Source: a plasmid. From it: a stretch of DNA of 64,000 nt. Below, in pieces: positions 9,011 to 18,849 of this stretch. How positions within the stretch are numbered: the first letter of the stretch is position 1; each line of letters starts with the position of its first letter. The translations under genes and the position numbers were made by a program. The notes beneath the pieces were generated by a model that saw only the letters and a list, made by a program, of their open reading frames with translations, was not told where the DNA came from and made no database searches. The DNA lies in the NCBI RefSeq assembly GCF_054482595.1, contig NZ_JBTHVH010000001.1, one strand, 5' to 3'.

Positions 9011-9915
9011 TCACTATTACCAAAGAGCGACTACTGACAATCAAGCAGTGGCGCGAAACATACGGACCTGGTAGCAACGTTGTACTGCCAGCAGAAGAAG
9101 CGGAAGAACTGGCACGAATTGCTCTGGCATCGCTGGAGCAGAATGTACTATCGGGCAACTCTCCGCTTATTCCTGGTGAAGTGTTGTCCGCAATCCGGGA
9201 GGTTGCCAGGATTCGTGCCGATTTCGATGATTTTGACGGTGACAGGCGAGGTATCGGTGATTGTCTGGATGAGGCCGAGCAAGAGCTTATCGTTACCATT
9301 AACAAATATGCCAGTCAGTTGGCAGCAGAACCGATAGCGACTAATGACGTTCGAGAGCAAACAGCCGTTCCGCCAATACAGGCTGATGTCGCGCAAGCAA
9401 TTGAAAATCTCAAGCAGAAGTTAGTGGAATGCAATCGCTATAACTACTGCGCAGATGCAGTGAAGAACGTAGAGGATGCCTGCCGTGCTGTTAGCTATAG
9501 CCAAGCCGACAATCAGCCAGCATCTGGCAACCAGGCTGCCGAATCCAATCGCGGTAATGAGTGGACTGGCAATCCTGATATTGATAACGCCATCATCATG
9601 CTCGACCGCATAGATACGCTGGAAAATTGCGATGATGACCGTATTGAGGCTGTTAAGGCTGTTTTGCGTAGACTGGCTGGCAACTCTCCGGTAACTCCGG
9701 ATGGTTGGATAAGCTGTAGTGAGCGAATGCCGGATACCAAAACAGCCGTTCTTGTTGCCAGGGAGTTTGACAGGAAAGGTGACTGGCGAATGAAATGGGC
9801 GACTTACATCCCGGGGCATCCTGACGCTAATGATGGGTGGGTAATACCTGGTGCGTCGTGGATTCCATCACACTGGATGCCGCTACCAGAACCGCCGCAG
9901 GAGGTGAATCAATGA
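9007..9915 (+). CDS. DUF551-type C-terminal domain protein
   Basis: The C-terminus (DGWISCSERMPD ... WMPLPEPP) is typical of DUF551 phage proteins. Confidence 0.6.
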   Translation: MITITKERLLTIKQWRETYGPGSNVVLPAEEAEELARIALASLEQNVLSGNSPLIPGEVLSAIREVARIRADFDDFDGDRRGIGDCLDEAEQELIVTINKYASQLAAEPIATNDVREQTAVPPIQADVAQAIENLKQKLVECNRYNYCADAVKNVEDACRAVSYSQADNQPASGNQAAESNRGNEWTGNPDIDNAIIMLDRIDTLENCDDDRIEAVKAVLRRLAGNSPVTPDGWISCSERMPDTKTAVLVAREFDRKGDWRMKWATYIPGHPDANDGWVIPGASWIPSHWMPLPEPPQEVNQ

Positions 9916-9995
9916 GCTGGCCTGAAGCATTCACCACGGTAGGAATTGTGATGGCGGCAGCACTGGGTTTGTATTCAATTTGTCGCTGGTGGTAA
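9912..9995 (+). CDS. Small membrane peptide (27 aa)
   Basis: ATGA overlap with the upstream stop. One hydrophobic helix. Confidence 0.3.
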   Translation: MSWPEAFTTVGIVMAAALGLYSICRWW

Positions 9996-9997
9996 CG

Positions 9998-10231
9998 ATG
10001 GGAAAAATAACTTTTGTAGTCGAATTTGAGGATGGCAAAGAGCCACCTGTTAGCGCCAATCTTGATGTTGCTGGTGGCAGGCTTGTTTCGGTTCTATTTG
10101 GTGACTACCGAGATGACTTCTTCCAACCAGAAGAAGTTGATGTAGTGCGAGAGGCATTAAACGAGTTAAGTGTTGATAACGATGATGCTCATGCGGAAAT
10201 CATCCAAAAAATGGAACTGCTAACTCACTAA
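9998..10231 (+). CDS. Small acidic hypothetical protein (77 aa)
   Basis: ATG 3 nt after the previous stop. D/E-rich. Confidence 0.45.
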   Translation: MGKITFVVEFEDGKEPPVSANLDVAGGRLVSVLFGDYRDDFFQPEEVDVVREALNELSVDNDDAHAEIIQKMELLTH

Positions 10232-10279
10232 ATTATCAATTATGGTGCTATCACCTACGACACCGAGAGAAAATTTATA

Positions 10280-10402
10280 ATGTCAAAAGTAAATGTTTTG
10301 ATTTTTTCAGCAATTGTTGGCTTTGGTTTTACTGCCGGAGTGCAGATTTATATTACGTGGGAAAAAATCATCAACTACGCATGGAGTTGTTTTATTAAGT
10401 GA
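10280..10402 (+). CDS. Small membrane peptide (40 aa)
   Basis: MSKVNVLIFSAIVGFGFTAGVQIYI... Not in the ORF track. Confidence 0.3.
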   Translation: MSKVNVLIFSAIVGFGFTAGVQIYITWEKIINYAWSCFIK

Positions 10403-10409
10403 GGTAAGT

Positions 10410-10703
10410 ATGTGGAGAGGTAATAGTCATGGCAAAAGCCAGATGATACTTACCGAATATCAGTTTGACCATAAAACCAATAAATCACGTTCAGTATATT
10501 TGCTTCGGCACAATAGCCGCGTAAGGAATACCGTGCTGGAGCAAAATCTGACTGTTGAAATAGATAGTTACGGGGGCTTCAAGCCAACAATTTCGCTTGA
10601 TGATTTTCCTCGTGGTTTAAGCGAAAGAGAAGCAATGCTGAAATTAGCAGAATGGCTACAAAGATTAAGCATTGCTATTGAAGATAACTGGTCTGAACCT
10701 TAA
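10410..10703 (+). CDS. Hypothetical protein (97 aa)
   Basis: ATG after GAGGTAAG. The ORF track lists a longer form starting at 10314. Confidence 0.45.
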   Translation: MWRGNSHGKSQMILTEYQFDHKTNKSRSVYLLRHNSRVRNTVLEQNLTVEIDSYGGFKPTISLDDFPRGLSEREAMLKLAEWLQRLSIAIEDNWSEP

Positions 10704-10709
10704 ATTTAT

Positions 10710-11084
10710 ATGATGACACTAAAACATTTTCTTGACCGCCCATTATGGGCGGCAGCCGCAGGCTATGACTTTAATTATATGGATTGCATGTCTTATACCG
10801 CCAATGCATACGACTATTCCTTCAGTCTGCTGCTTAATTCTTTAAGAATATTGCCGCAAACAGAAGTTGGAGAGCTTCATTTATGGCTATTGGGCTTTAT
10901 CGCGGCTGTCGTTGGTATTGCTGTATGGCCTTTTATTTTCTGGCTGGTGGCTGTTGTAGTGTGGTTTAAGTGCAAGACATACCGGAAAAAGTATTTCTTA
11001 GGTGATGGAATGACTGATATTGCCAAAATGAACATTGAAGAATGGACTAAGGAATGTGAAAAGAAATGGCGCAAAAAGAAATGA
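10710..11084 (+). CDS. Membrane protein (124 aa)
   Basis: Two adjacent hydrophobic helices (LWLLGFIAAVVGIAVWPFIFWLVAVVVWF). Confidence 0.5.
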   Translation: MMTLKHFLDRPLWAAAAGYDFNYMDCMSYTANAYDYSFSLLLNSLRILPQTEVGELHLWLLGFIAAVVGIAVWPFIFWLVAVVVWFKCKTYRKKYFLGDGMTDIAKMNIEEWTKECEKKWRKKK

Positions 11085-11923
11085 CCAGAATAACTGAAGA
11101 GCGCATATCAGAGATTATTTCCCGTATCGAAATGTATGGTCACGGTGCTGGATATACGGCAGATGAAGGATTGGAAATAGCCCAGCAGATGCTGGCCTTG
11201 AGACAAAAAGAGCAACATGAAAGTAATACGTGTAGATTGAATTTTGAGCATTGGCTGGAACAGCAACGCGGAAAAATCGATGTGGACTGTGGTTGTGTGT
11301 CCACTGAAACATTCATGCACTGGCTGTGGGTAGCTTACGAGGCTGGCAACTATCCGGATATTCCGGATAGTTCGGTGCCAGCGCCAGGAAAGGGCGTCAC
11401 CGGTGAACGTATCCGCATTAAGCCGCATGTTTATCGCGAACTGGTTAACCGTCTCCACGATACAGCGATCAAGTGTGCTGGCACCCAGCAATTACGAGAA
11501 AGAATTAGCCGTGTTTTGGGCGACGTTATTACACCAGATCATCATAAACAAGCCGAGAAAAGTGACCTGGAAAGGTGTCACCTTGAGGCGGCATTAAACA
11601 TTAAGCCGGGGCATACGCTTGGCATTATTGATGCACTATTGGTTCATAAGATGGCCAGGGCTTTATTGCCGCTGGTGGCTGAAAAAGAGAACGCGAGCCT
11701 CAAAAAAATGCTGTCGCGGGCGGAAAGGGAATTATCAGGCAAATTATTGCCAGAAGAACTGCCACCAGCAGATATACCAGATCGAGTGTCCCAGTGGATG
11801 AAGTCTTTTGGTTTGCCGTGGGAGGCTTTTTGGTGCTACGACCATCGCAGATGGTGTGATGAACTTGATAGCAATTTTCCCTACTTTGCGGAAGGGAACA
11901 CCTGCCCTCAATGCAGGGGATAG
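11066..11923 (+). CDS. Hypothetical protein (285 aa)
   Basis: Long ORF in the same-strand gene chain. C-terminal CPQC pair. Confidence 0.55.
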   Translation: MAQKEMTRITEERISEIISRIEMYGHGAGYTADEGLEIAQQMLALRQKEQHESNTCRLNFEHWLEQQRGKIDVDCGCVSTETFMHWLWVAYEAGNYPDIPDSSVPAPGKGVTGERIRIKPHVYRELVNRLHDTAIKCAGTQQLRERISRVLGDVITPDHHKQAEKSDLERCHLEAALNIKPGHTLGIIDALLVHKMARALLPLVAEKENASLKKMLSRAERELSGKLLPEELPPADIPDRVSQWMKSFGLPWEAFWCYDHRRWCDELDSNFPYFAEGNTCPQCRG

Positions 11924-12258
11924 CATTTGACGAAATCGATCACCCTATCCTGAACTTCAGAAAGAAGGTCTTTTTCACGCGCCAGGACGTCAGGATATTG
12001 ACGTTCTGGCCTTACCAGATGCCGGAGCTTCCCATTAAGCAGAATGGCCTCAGAAAACACTTTTACGCTGTGCTTTATCCCCTCTGTTTCACTTTTCAGC
12101 GTCAAAATAAAGCGCAATTGCTTATTAGCCTGATTCGGATTCAATACACGAATTTGCAGTTCGTCTATGCTGTTTCGCAATGGGATTGATGCCACCACAC
12201 TGGTGCAGTCTCTGATTGTCTGAATTGAACGGCTAACATTGAGAACGTTATTGTGCAT
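11908..12258 (-). CDS. Hypothetical protein (116 aa), opposite strand to neighbours
   Basis: Its composition looks more protein-like than the overlapping + strand ORF 11911-12189. Weak ribosome-binding site. Confidence 0.35.
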   Translation of the reverse strand: MHNNVLNVSRSIQTIRDCTSVVASIPLRNSIDELQIRVLNPNQANKQLRFILTLKSETEGIKHSVKVFSEAILLNGKLRHLVRPERQYPDVLAREKDLLSEVQDRVIDFVKCYPLH

Positions 12259-12290
12259 GTGCCTGATCCACTAACTCCTGGAGGTTTCTT

Positions 12291-12542
12291 GTGTCAGATC
12301 GAAATATAGCAGCTAAAAGCCAGGAAGAGCGAGACAAGGTGAACGTAGACCTTGCCGCCAGCGGCGTTGCTTACAAAGAACGGCTGAATATACCTGTGAT
12401 TGCAGAGCAGGTGGCCCGTGAGCAACCGGAAAACCTGCGCGCCTATTTCATGGAACGGCTACGGCACTACCGGCAGTTAAGCCTCCAGTTGCCAAAAGGG
12501 AGCGATCCGGTGTATCAGAACGAGGATGCACCAAAAAAATAA
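12291..12542 (+). CDS. hot: Hot, homolog of DNA polymerase III theta subunit
   Basis: [33 protein letters not shown] closely parallels E. coli HolE. GTG start after GGAGG. Confidence 0.85.
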   Translation: MSDRNIAAKSQEERDKVNVDLAASGVAYKERLNIPVIAEQVAREQPENLRAYFMERLRHYRQLSLQLPKGSDPVYQNEDAPKK

Positions 12543-12627
12543 CGGCAAGATGGGGGAGAAATGTGATTAGCCCCCAGCGTGGCGCGCCTACAAACCCCGC
12601 TTTCACAAACTATGCCTTTTCAATGTA

Positions 12628-12647
12628 TACTGTATGAATAAACAGTA
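12628..12647 (+). promoter_or_regulatory. LexA (SOS) box upstream of humD
   Basis: TACTGTATGAATAAACAGTA fits CTGT-N8-ACAG. Confidence 0.8.
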
Positions 12648-12665
12648 TCATTGAGGTAAAACGCT

Positions 12666-13055
12666 ATGGGCTTCCCTTCTCCTGCGGCGGATTATGTTGA
12701 AAGCCGAATTTCTCTTGATCAGCAGATAATTAGACATCCTTCAGCGACCTACTTCATGCGGGCAGCTGATAGCCATCACCGTGAGGGAATATTGCAGGGT
12801 GCTTTGCTGGTGGTTGATTCCTCGCTTACTCCGGTTGATGGTTCTCTGCTTGTGTGCGCTATGGAGGGTGAATATCGCATAAAGAGATACAGGAAGTATC
12901 CGCGCCAGCACCTGGAGGACTTAAGCACCGGGAAGAAAGAGGCGTTACCAGTAGATGACGATGGATACACGGGCAGTAATGCTGTTTTTGGTGTGATCAC
13001 TCATGTCATCAATGATGCCCGAAGTGGGGAATTTGATGATTGTCCGGTTATTTAA
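12666..13055 (+). CDS. humD: HumD, UmuD'-like protein
   Basis: GFPSPAADYVE and the S24 peptidase-like body. P1 gene order hot-humD-phd. Confidence 0.85.
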   Translation: MGFPSPAADYVESRISLDQQIIRHPSATYFMRAADSHHREGILQGALLVVDSSLTPVDGSLLVCAMEGEYRIKRYRKYPRQHLEDLSTGKKEALPVDDDGYTGSNAVFGVITHVINDARSGEFDDCPVI

Positions 13056-13127
13056 GCTGCAAAGTGCTGGTGCTTTATGCCTGTGAAGTTTATAATTGTG
13101 TACACATAACGAGTACACGAGGTGTTT

Positions 13128-13349
13128 ATGCAATCCATTAACTTCCGTACCGCGCGTGGCAACCTTTCTGAAGTGCTCAACAATGTTGAAGCCGGGGAAG
13201 AGGTTGAAATCACCCGCAGAGGCCGTGAGCCAGCAGTAATTGTCAGCAAGGCTACTTTCGAAGCCTACAAAAAAGCGGCGCTGGATGCTGAATTTGCATC
13301 CCTGTTTGACACCCTGGACTCCACCAACAAGGAACTGGTTAACCGATAA
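13128..13349 (+). CDS. phd: Phd antitoxin
   Basis: [32 protein letters not shown] matches P1 Phd as recalled. Confidence 0.9.
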   Translation: MQSINFRTARGNLSEVLNNVEAGEEVEITRRGREPAVIVSKATFEAYKKAALDAEFASLFDTLDSTNKELVNR

Positions 13350-13729
13350 TGAGGCATATATCACCGGAAGAACTTATTGCGCTTCATGATGCGAATATAA
13401 ACCGCTACGGCGGCCTGCCGGGAATGTCAGATCCGGGTAGGGCAGAGGCCATTATCGGGAGAGTTCAGGCCAGAGTTGCCTACGAAGAGATCACCGACCT
13501 TTTCGAAGTCTCCGCCACCTACCTGGTGGCTACAGCGAGAGGGCATATATTCAATGATGCCAATAAGCGTACCGCGCTAAACAGCGCGCTGCTATTTCTA
13601 CGCCGTAACGGGGTGCAGGTATTTGATTCACCTGAACTGGCAGACCTTACTGTAGGCGCTGCGACTGGCGAGATATCTGTATCTTCTGTCGCCGACACGT
13701 TACGTAGATTGTATGGTTCTGCGGAGTAG
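13349..13729 (+). CDS. doc: Doc toxin (Fic fold)
   Basis: [11 protein letters not shown]ic-type motif in a 126-aa product. ATGA overlap with phd. Confidence 0.9.
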   Translation: MRHISPEELIALHDANINRYGGLPGMSDPGRAEAIIGRVQARVAYEEITDLFEVSATYLVATARGHIFNDANKRTALNSALLFLRRNGVQVFDSPELADLTVGAATGEISVSSVADTLRRLYGSAE

Positions 13730-13733
13730 ATTA

Positions 13734-13913
13734 ATGGCACGCAAATACAACAAATTGTCCCGTGAAGCGTTAAAGATGCTTCTTGATGGCGTGAGTCGCC
13801 GCAAGGTAAAGCAATACCTGGTTGGTAAGCAAATTGGAGTCAGGACCGCTATTGCTGTGTTATGCCGTCAGGAAATGGTTGTGCTTAAACAGAGAATGCC
13901 GGGCAGCAGATAA
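13734..13913 (+). CDS. pdcA: PdcA-position small protein
   Basis: Named from its position after doc, as in P1. Confidence 0.5.
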   Translation: MARKYNKLSREALKMLLDGVSRRKVKQYLVGKQIGVRTAIAVLCRQEMVVLKQRMPGSR

Positions 13914-13940
13914 AGCCCAATCAGTGATTAAAGGTGTGAT

Positions 13941-14984
13941 GTGAAAGCCGTAATTACTCCCTTTGTACAGAAAGAGCTTGGCCTCGCCACGTTCAAAGTG
14001 GATCAGGAGGTCAGAAAGCTGGTGGAGGCTGGCCGTAAATTTATTATGGAGCCGGTGCCGCGTGAGTTAATCGAGCACATGGAAGACGGCCTCGTTGTTA
14101 CCGAGCAAACCATGGCAACAAATGAGGCGTTGCAGCCGTTTTTTAACAGCGATGAACTGTTTCGCCGTATTGGTGGAATTGACGCGCTGGTGGCGTGGTT
14201 GCGTAGGAAAGAGAGTCAATGCCAGGCCGCAGATCGTAGTTGGTGTGACAACCATATTGTCCACGCTGAACGAGACAATAGCGCGGTGTTGTTGTGCTGG
14301 CATCACGATAACCATTACCGGATGCGTGGTTTTAATGAGCTGAAAGAAACGCTGCACAATAATCGCGTTAACTGGATACTGGATGTCGCCCGTCAGGAAA
14401 TGGGCCTTTCAAATAGCCATGATTTAAGTATTCAGGAGTTGTGCTGGTGGGCTTTCATGCGCAACATGATGCACCTGATGCCGGAAGAAGTCTGCCGCAT
14501 ATCAATAAATAAGATGAAGGCTACTCCGCAGGATAGCGGACCTCTGAAAGAGGCGGATATTCGCCCGTATGACGATCGCGCTACAGCATATGTTCAGATG
14601 ATGGAAGAACGCGCCGCGCCGATGCGTGCAAAAGTATGCCCTGTGGATGTTGACTCCGACCCTGGCATGGCGCATTTCAAAATACCAAAACTGCAATCGC
14701 TAAAATTACCTGAGTACATGGACTTTGTTGCTTCCCGTCCATGCTGTGGGTGTGGAGCGGCGGGAGCTGGCGCTCACATTACGCCTTATATCGTTCGTCA
14801 TAGTCGATTATGCGCGCATGACATTTACGCAATTCCTCTGTGCCAGTCATGCCAGCGTGATATTGAGCGTGACCGCGATAATTGGGAGAAGACGCACGGT
14901 AGGCTGGCGATGCATCAACGATTGTTCTTTGATTACGCGCTTGGAGTCGGCGCTATCACAAGTTACTCGTCGAGTGTTAGATAA
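13941..14984 (+). CDS. pdcB: PdcB-position protein (347 aa)
   Basis: Named from its position between doc and lpa. Cys-rich C-terminus. Confidence 0.55.
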   Translation: MKAVITPFVQKELGLATFKVDQEVRKLVEAGRKFIMEPVPRELIEHMEDGLVVTEQTMATNEALQPFFNSDELFRRIGGIDALVAWLRRKESQCQAADRSWCDNHIVHAERDNSAVLLCWHHDNHYRMRGFNELKETLHNNRVNWILDVARQEMGLSNSHDLSIQELCWWAFMRNMMHLMPEEVCRISINKMKATPQDSGPLKEADIRPYDDRATAYVQMMEERAAPMRAKVCPVDVDSDPGMAHFKIPKLQSLKLPEYMDFVASRPCCGCGAAGAGAHITPYIVRHSRLCAHDIYAIPLCQSCQRDIERDRDNWEKTHGRLAMHQRLFFDYALGVGAITSYSSSVR

Positions 14985-14985
14985 A

Positions 14986-15002
14986 ATTACTCTAATATAT
15001 TG
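14986..15002 (+). promoter_or_regulatory. C1 operator upstream of lpa
   Basis: ATTACTCTAATATATTG. P1 lpa is known to be C1-controlled. Confidence 0.6.
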
Positions 15003-15072
15003 CTATTTCTTTAATCGATGGTATTATATTCCACGTTGATTAGTTGACATGAGCTAATCAGTAGGTGACAGG

Positions 15073-15525
15073 ATGTTACTTAACTGGCAGGGACGCCACT
15101 TCATGGAAATAAATCACTCACGAATAACATCGTACGAGATTGCGGATTACATGATCCGCACTAAATCTCTTCTATCAGCGAAAGAACTCGCAGCAATTCT
15201 TGAAAAGGAATACCCGCATCTGGATGTCGATAAGCGCGATGTTTATCTGCGCTTAAAGGCTATCGCTGTGTCTAAGTATTCGTCTGTTTTGATTGATGAC
15301 AGTACACGCCCACGTAGATTTCAGATCCACTCTCTGAATCCTGAATTCTTTCGCCGTAGCCGCGCTCCGCGCCGGTTTGATGAAAAACTCCAGAACGAAC
15401 TCTATATGACGCAGGACGAAAAGGAACGCCGGGAGCACCAGCCTTGGGTAATGGCGCGTCAACTTTTCAATAAGGTGGCCCGTCAGCACCGTCATTACGG
15501 TAATGCCACATCCGCACGTATCTGA
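15073..15525 (+). CDS. lpa: Lpa, late promoter activator
   Basis: Position before pacA, an operator upstream, and a 150-aa basic protein. Confidence 0.7.
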   Translation: MLLNWQGRHFMEINHSRITSYEIADYMIRTKSLLSAKELAAILEKEYPHLDVDKRDVYLRLKAIAVSKYSSVLIDDSTRPRRFQIHSLNPEFFRRSRAPRRFDEKLQNELYMTQDEKERREHQPWVMARQLFNKVARQHRHYGNATSARI

Positions 15526-15553
15526 TTGATTGCTTGCCCGTTCCGGGCCTTTT

Positions 15554-15575
15554 GACATGTGACTTTCGTTACCCT
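15554..15575 (+). promoter_or_regulatory. Candidate Lpa-dependent late promoter for pacAB
   Basis: GACATGTGACTTTCGTTACCCT shares the motif found upstream of R, lydA, lyz and prt. Confidence 0.45.
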
Positions 15576-15610
15576 CGCGTCAAAAAGAGTTTTTACGAAA
15601 GGAAGCATAA

Positions 15611-16804
15611 GTGACCTGGGACGATCACAAGAAGAATTTTGCTCGCCTGGCGCGAGATGGTGGTTACACCATCGCACAGTATGCCGCCGAGTTTAATCTT
15701 AACCCTAATACTGCACGTCGTTATCTCCGTGCCTTCAAAGAAGACACCAGGACAGCGGACAGCCGCAAGCCAAATAAGCCAGTCAGGAAGCCACTAAAAA
15801 GCATGATCATTGATCACTCTAATGATCAACATGCAGGTGATCACATTGCGGCTGAAATAGCGGAAAAACAAAGGGTTAATGCCGTTGTCAGTGCCGCAGT
15901 CGAGAATGCGAAGCGCCAAAATAAGCGCATAAATGATCGTTCTGATGATCATGACGTGATCACCCGCGCCCACCGGACCTTACGTGATCGCCTGGAACGC
16001 GACACCCTGGATGATGATGGTGAACGCTTTGAATTCGAAGCTGGCGATTACCTGATAGATAACGTTGAAGCGCGGAAGGCCGCTCGCGCTATGTTGCGTC
16101 GGTCCGGGGCCGATGTTCTGGAAACCACTCTTCTGGAAAAGTCTCTTTCTCATCTCCTTATGCTGGAGAACGCCAGGGATACGTGTATTCGTCTGGTGCA
16201 GGAAATGCGCGATCAGCAAAAAGACGATGATGAAGGGACTCCGCCTGAATATCGTATCGCGAGCATGCTAAACAGCTGTTCCGCGCAGATAAGCAGCCTG
16301 ATCAACACCATTTACAGCATCCGGAATAACTATCGAAAAGAAAGCCGGGAGGCGGAAAAGCACGCTTTATCTATGGGGCAAGCTGGCATTGTTAAGCTGG
16401 CATACGAACGAAAGCGTGAAAATAACTGGTCAGTGCTGGAAGCAGCTGAATTCATCGAGGCGCATGGCGGAAAAGTGCCGCCCCTGATGCTGGAGCAAAT
16501 CAAAGCCGATCTGCGTGCTCCTAAGACCAATACCGATGATGAGGAAAGGCAAACAGCCGTCGGTGGCCCTTCTCTTGAAGATCTGGACAAAGTTGCGCGA
16601 GAACGGGCCGCCAACCGCCGCGCCGATGCCGCATTGTGGATTGAGCAGCGTAGGGAAGAAATCGCCGATATCGTTGATACAGGCGGTTATGGAGATGTTG
16701 ATACTGAAGGTGCATCAAACGACCCATGGCTGGAACAAGACCTGGACGAAGACGAGGAGGAAGACGAAGAAGTTACCCGCAAGCTATACGGGGATGATGA
16801 TTAA
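15611..16804 (+). CDS. pacA: PacA, terminase small subunit
   Basis: [39 protein letters not shown] matches P1 PacA as recalled. The pac site lies inside the gene. Confidence 0.9.
   Translation: MTWDDHKKNFARLARDGGYTIAQYAAEFNLNPNTARRYLRAFKEDTRTADSRKPNKPVRKPLKSMIIDHSNDQHAGDHIAAEIAEKQRVNAVVSAAVENAKRQNKRINDRSDDHDVITRAHRTLRDRLERDTLDDDGERFEFEAGDYLIDNVEARKAARAMLRRSGADVLETTLLEKSLSHLLMLENARDTCIRLVQEMRDQQKDDDEGTPPEYRIASMLNSCSAQISSLINTIYSIRNNYRKESREAEKHALSMGQAGIVKLAYERKRENNWSVLEAAEFIEAHGGKVPPLMLEQIKADLRAPKTNTDDEERQTAVGGPSLEDLDKVARERAANRRADAALWIEQRREEIADIVDTGGYGDVDTEGASNDPWLEQDLDEDEEEDEEVTRKLYGDDD
15804..15962 (+). other. pac packaging site
   Basis: Four TGATCA hexamers (15804, 15811, 15823, 15838) plus three TGATCA/G hexamers (15934, 15946, 15957). 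This is the known P1 pac architecture. Confidence 0.85.
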
Positions 16805-18288
16805 TGGCCAGAAGTTGCGTAACGGATCCACGTTGGCGCGAGCTGGTGGCGCTATATCGTTATGACTGGATTGCTGCCGCTGATGTTTTGTTCGGCAAAA
16901 CACCTACCTGGCAGCAGGATCTGATTATTGAGTCTGTGCAGGAACAGGGTAGCAAGACATCTGTTTCGTCTGGTCACGGTACCGGGAAATCAGACATGAC
17001 TTCTATCATGATCATGTTGTTCATAATCATGTATCCCGGTGCCCGCGCCATTATCGTTGCGAACAAAATTCAGCAGGTAATGACCGGTATATTCAAGTAC
17101 ATCAAGATAAACTGGGCTACTGCCACCAGCCGTTTTCCATGGCTTGCTGATTATTTTGTTCTGACAGAAACCGCTTTCTATGAGGTTACTGGTAAAGGTG
17201 TATGGACTGTAGTACCGAAGGGCTTTCGTCTGGGAAGTGAAGAAGCTCTCGCCGGTGAACACGCAGATCATCTTCTGTATATTATCGATGAAGCCTCCGG
17301 TGTCAGTGATAGAGCTTTCGGTATCATCACCGGTGCTCTTACCGGACAGGATAACCGCATCTTATTACTGTCACAGCCTACACGCCCAAGCGGCTATTTC
17401 TACGATACTCATCATAAACTGGCCAAGCGTCCTGGTAACCCTGATGGCGTTTATACGGCGATCACGCTTAACAGTGAGGAATCACCGCTGGTAACGCCAG
17501 CATTTATCAAAATGAAGCTGGCGGAGTACGGCGGGCGCGATAACCCTATGTACATGATTAAGGTACGCGGCCTATTCCCTAAATCACAGGATGGCTTCCT
17601 TCTTGGACGTGATGAGGTTGAACGTGCAACGCGGCGGAAAGTCAAGATTGCCAAAGGATGGGGCTGGCTTGCATGTGTGGACGTTGCTGGTGGTACGGGA
17701 AGGGATAAGTCCGTTATCAATATCATGATGGTGTCCGGCCAGAGAAATAAACGCCGTGTAATCAACTATCGAATGCTGGAATACACAGACGTTACAGAAA
17801 CGCAGCTTGCCGCCAAAATTTTCGCAGAATGTAATCCTGAGCGATTCCCAAATATCACCATAGCGATAGACGGCGATGGGCTGGGTAAAGCAACAGCGGA
17901 TCTGATGTACGAGTATTATGGTATTACCGTACAGCGTATACGCTGGGGTAAAAAGATGCATAGCCGTGAAGATAAGAGCCTGTACTTTGATAAACGTGCT
18001 TATGCCAACGTTCAAGCCGCAGAGGCCGTAAAATCTGGTCGTATGAGACTGGATAAGGGTAATGAAACTATTGAGGAAGCGTCGAAAATCCCTGTAGGGA
18101 TTAACTCCGCAGGTCAATGGAAGGTGATGAGTAAGGAGGATATGAAGAAAAAACTCAACCTGCACTCACCAGACCATTGGGATACATATTGTTTCGCTAT
18201 GCTGGCGGATTATGTTCCCCAGGACGAAGTGCTTAGCGTCGAAGACGAAGCGCAGGTTGATGAAGCTCTGGCATGGCTTAATGAATGA
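16804..18288 (+). CDS. pacB: PacB, terminase large subunit
   Basis: 494 aa. ATGA-type overlap with pacA. Walker-like GHGTGKS. Confidence 0.85.
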   Translation: MARSCVTDPRWRELVALYRYDWIAAADVLFGKTPTWQQDLIIESVQEQGSKTSVSSGHGTGKSDMTSIMIMLFIIMYPGARAIIVANKIQQVMTGIFKYIKINWATATSRFPWLADYFVLTETAFYEVTGKGVWTVVPKGFRLGSEEALAGEHADHLLYIIDEASGVSDRAFGIITGALTGQDNRILLLSQPTRPSGYFYDTHHKLAKRPGNPDGVYTAITLNSEESPLVTPAFIKMKLAEYGGRDNPMYMIKVRGLFPKSQDGFLLGRDEVERATRRKVKIAKGWGWLACVDVAGGTGRDKSVINIMMVSGQRNKRRVINYRMLEYTDVTETQLAAKIFAECNPERFPNITIAIDGDGLGKATADLMYEYYGITVQRIRWGKKMHSREDKSLYFDKRAYANVQAAEAVKSGRMRLDKGNETIEEASKIPVGINSAGQWKVMSKEDMKKKLNLHSPDHWDTYCFAMLADYVPQDEVLSVEDEAQVDEALAWLNE

Positions 18289-18291
18289 ACA

Positions 18292-18308
18292 TTTGCTCTA
18301 ATAAATTG
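18292..18308 (+). promoter_or_regulatory. C1 operator heading immI-type module 1
   Basis: TTTGCTCTAATAAATTG, 15/17 to consensus. Confidence 0.65.
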
Positions 18309-18491
18309 TGTTTTTTAACTACCGATGTTACATTGAACCTGACCTCTTGCGCCTTGAGGCATTTTCGGTTTATGCTTATCAGGCACCTCAGTAAAACGGG
18401 TGCCGGGATTGGCCTCCCGCTTAAGTCTAAGGCGATACAGACGCCGCTCGCGTCTTTTTTTTGTATCGGCGTACACGCACACCTCTACAAT

Positions 18492-18571
18492 GGTGGGCTG
18501 TATGGGGCTACCTTCGGGTAGGCTGGTTACCTTGGACGCCAGTAAGGCCAACTCCGTACAGTCCACCGCCA
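18492..18571 (+). ncRNA. c4: c4-like antisense RNA 1 (ends approximate)
   Basis: A 14-bp terminal stem GGTGGGCTGTATGG/CCGTACAGTCCACC followed by GCCA. UUCG-tetraloop hairpin at 18508-18521. The loop CCUUGGACG is complementary to the icd-1 Shine-Dalgarno region. Confidence 0.7.
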
Positions 18572-18627
18572 GCAAGATTGGTCTCTTCTGCGGTGGTTAC
18601 ATACCAACGTCTAAGGAGGCTGCCAAT

Positions 18628-18849
18628 ATGGCTACTATCCCTACCCCAACTCATCCTGAATTTATCTGGCGCTTTTACTCCTGCCAAAAACGTCACTATC
18701 ACTTCGTTATTGCACCGACAGAAGATGAGGCACGTTCTCAGCTTCCTGACGCCCCATGTATTTTCTCTGCCCGTTTTTCCACTGATTCACGCAATTCTCT
18801 CAGTTACTGGTGCCTCCCTGTTAACGCTTCTGCTCAGGAGGGACTATGA
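18628..18849 (+). CDS. icd: Icd-like protein 1 (73 aa)
   Basis: AAGGAGG ribosome-binding site. 73 aa, as for P1 Icd. The stop overlaps the ant start (ATGA). Confidence 0.7.
   Translation: MATIPTPTHPEFIWRFYSCQKRHYHFVIAPTEDEARSQLPDAPCIFSARFSTDSRNSLSYWCLPVNASAQEGL

Noticed and set aside
12543..12627. Search for an lxr-like small gene between hot and the SOS box
   Set aside because: Only a 6-codon ORF is present, so nothing could be supported.
15804..15962. Cluster of seven TGATCA/G hexamers, considered as iterons or a novel repeat
   Set aside because: This is the known 4+3 hexamer architecture of the P1 pac site inside pacA.
18492..18571. Possible tRNA gene, given the acceptor-like stem followed by GCCA
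   Set aside because: No cloverleaf, no D or T arm signatures and no anticodon loop. The architecture fits the RNase P-processed c4 antisense RNA class instead.
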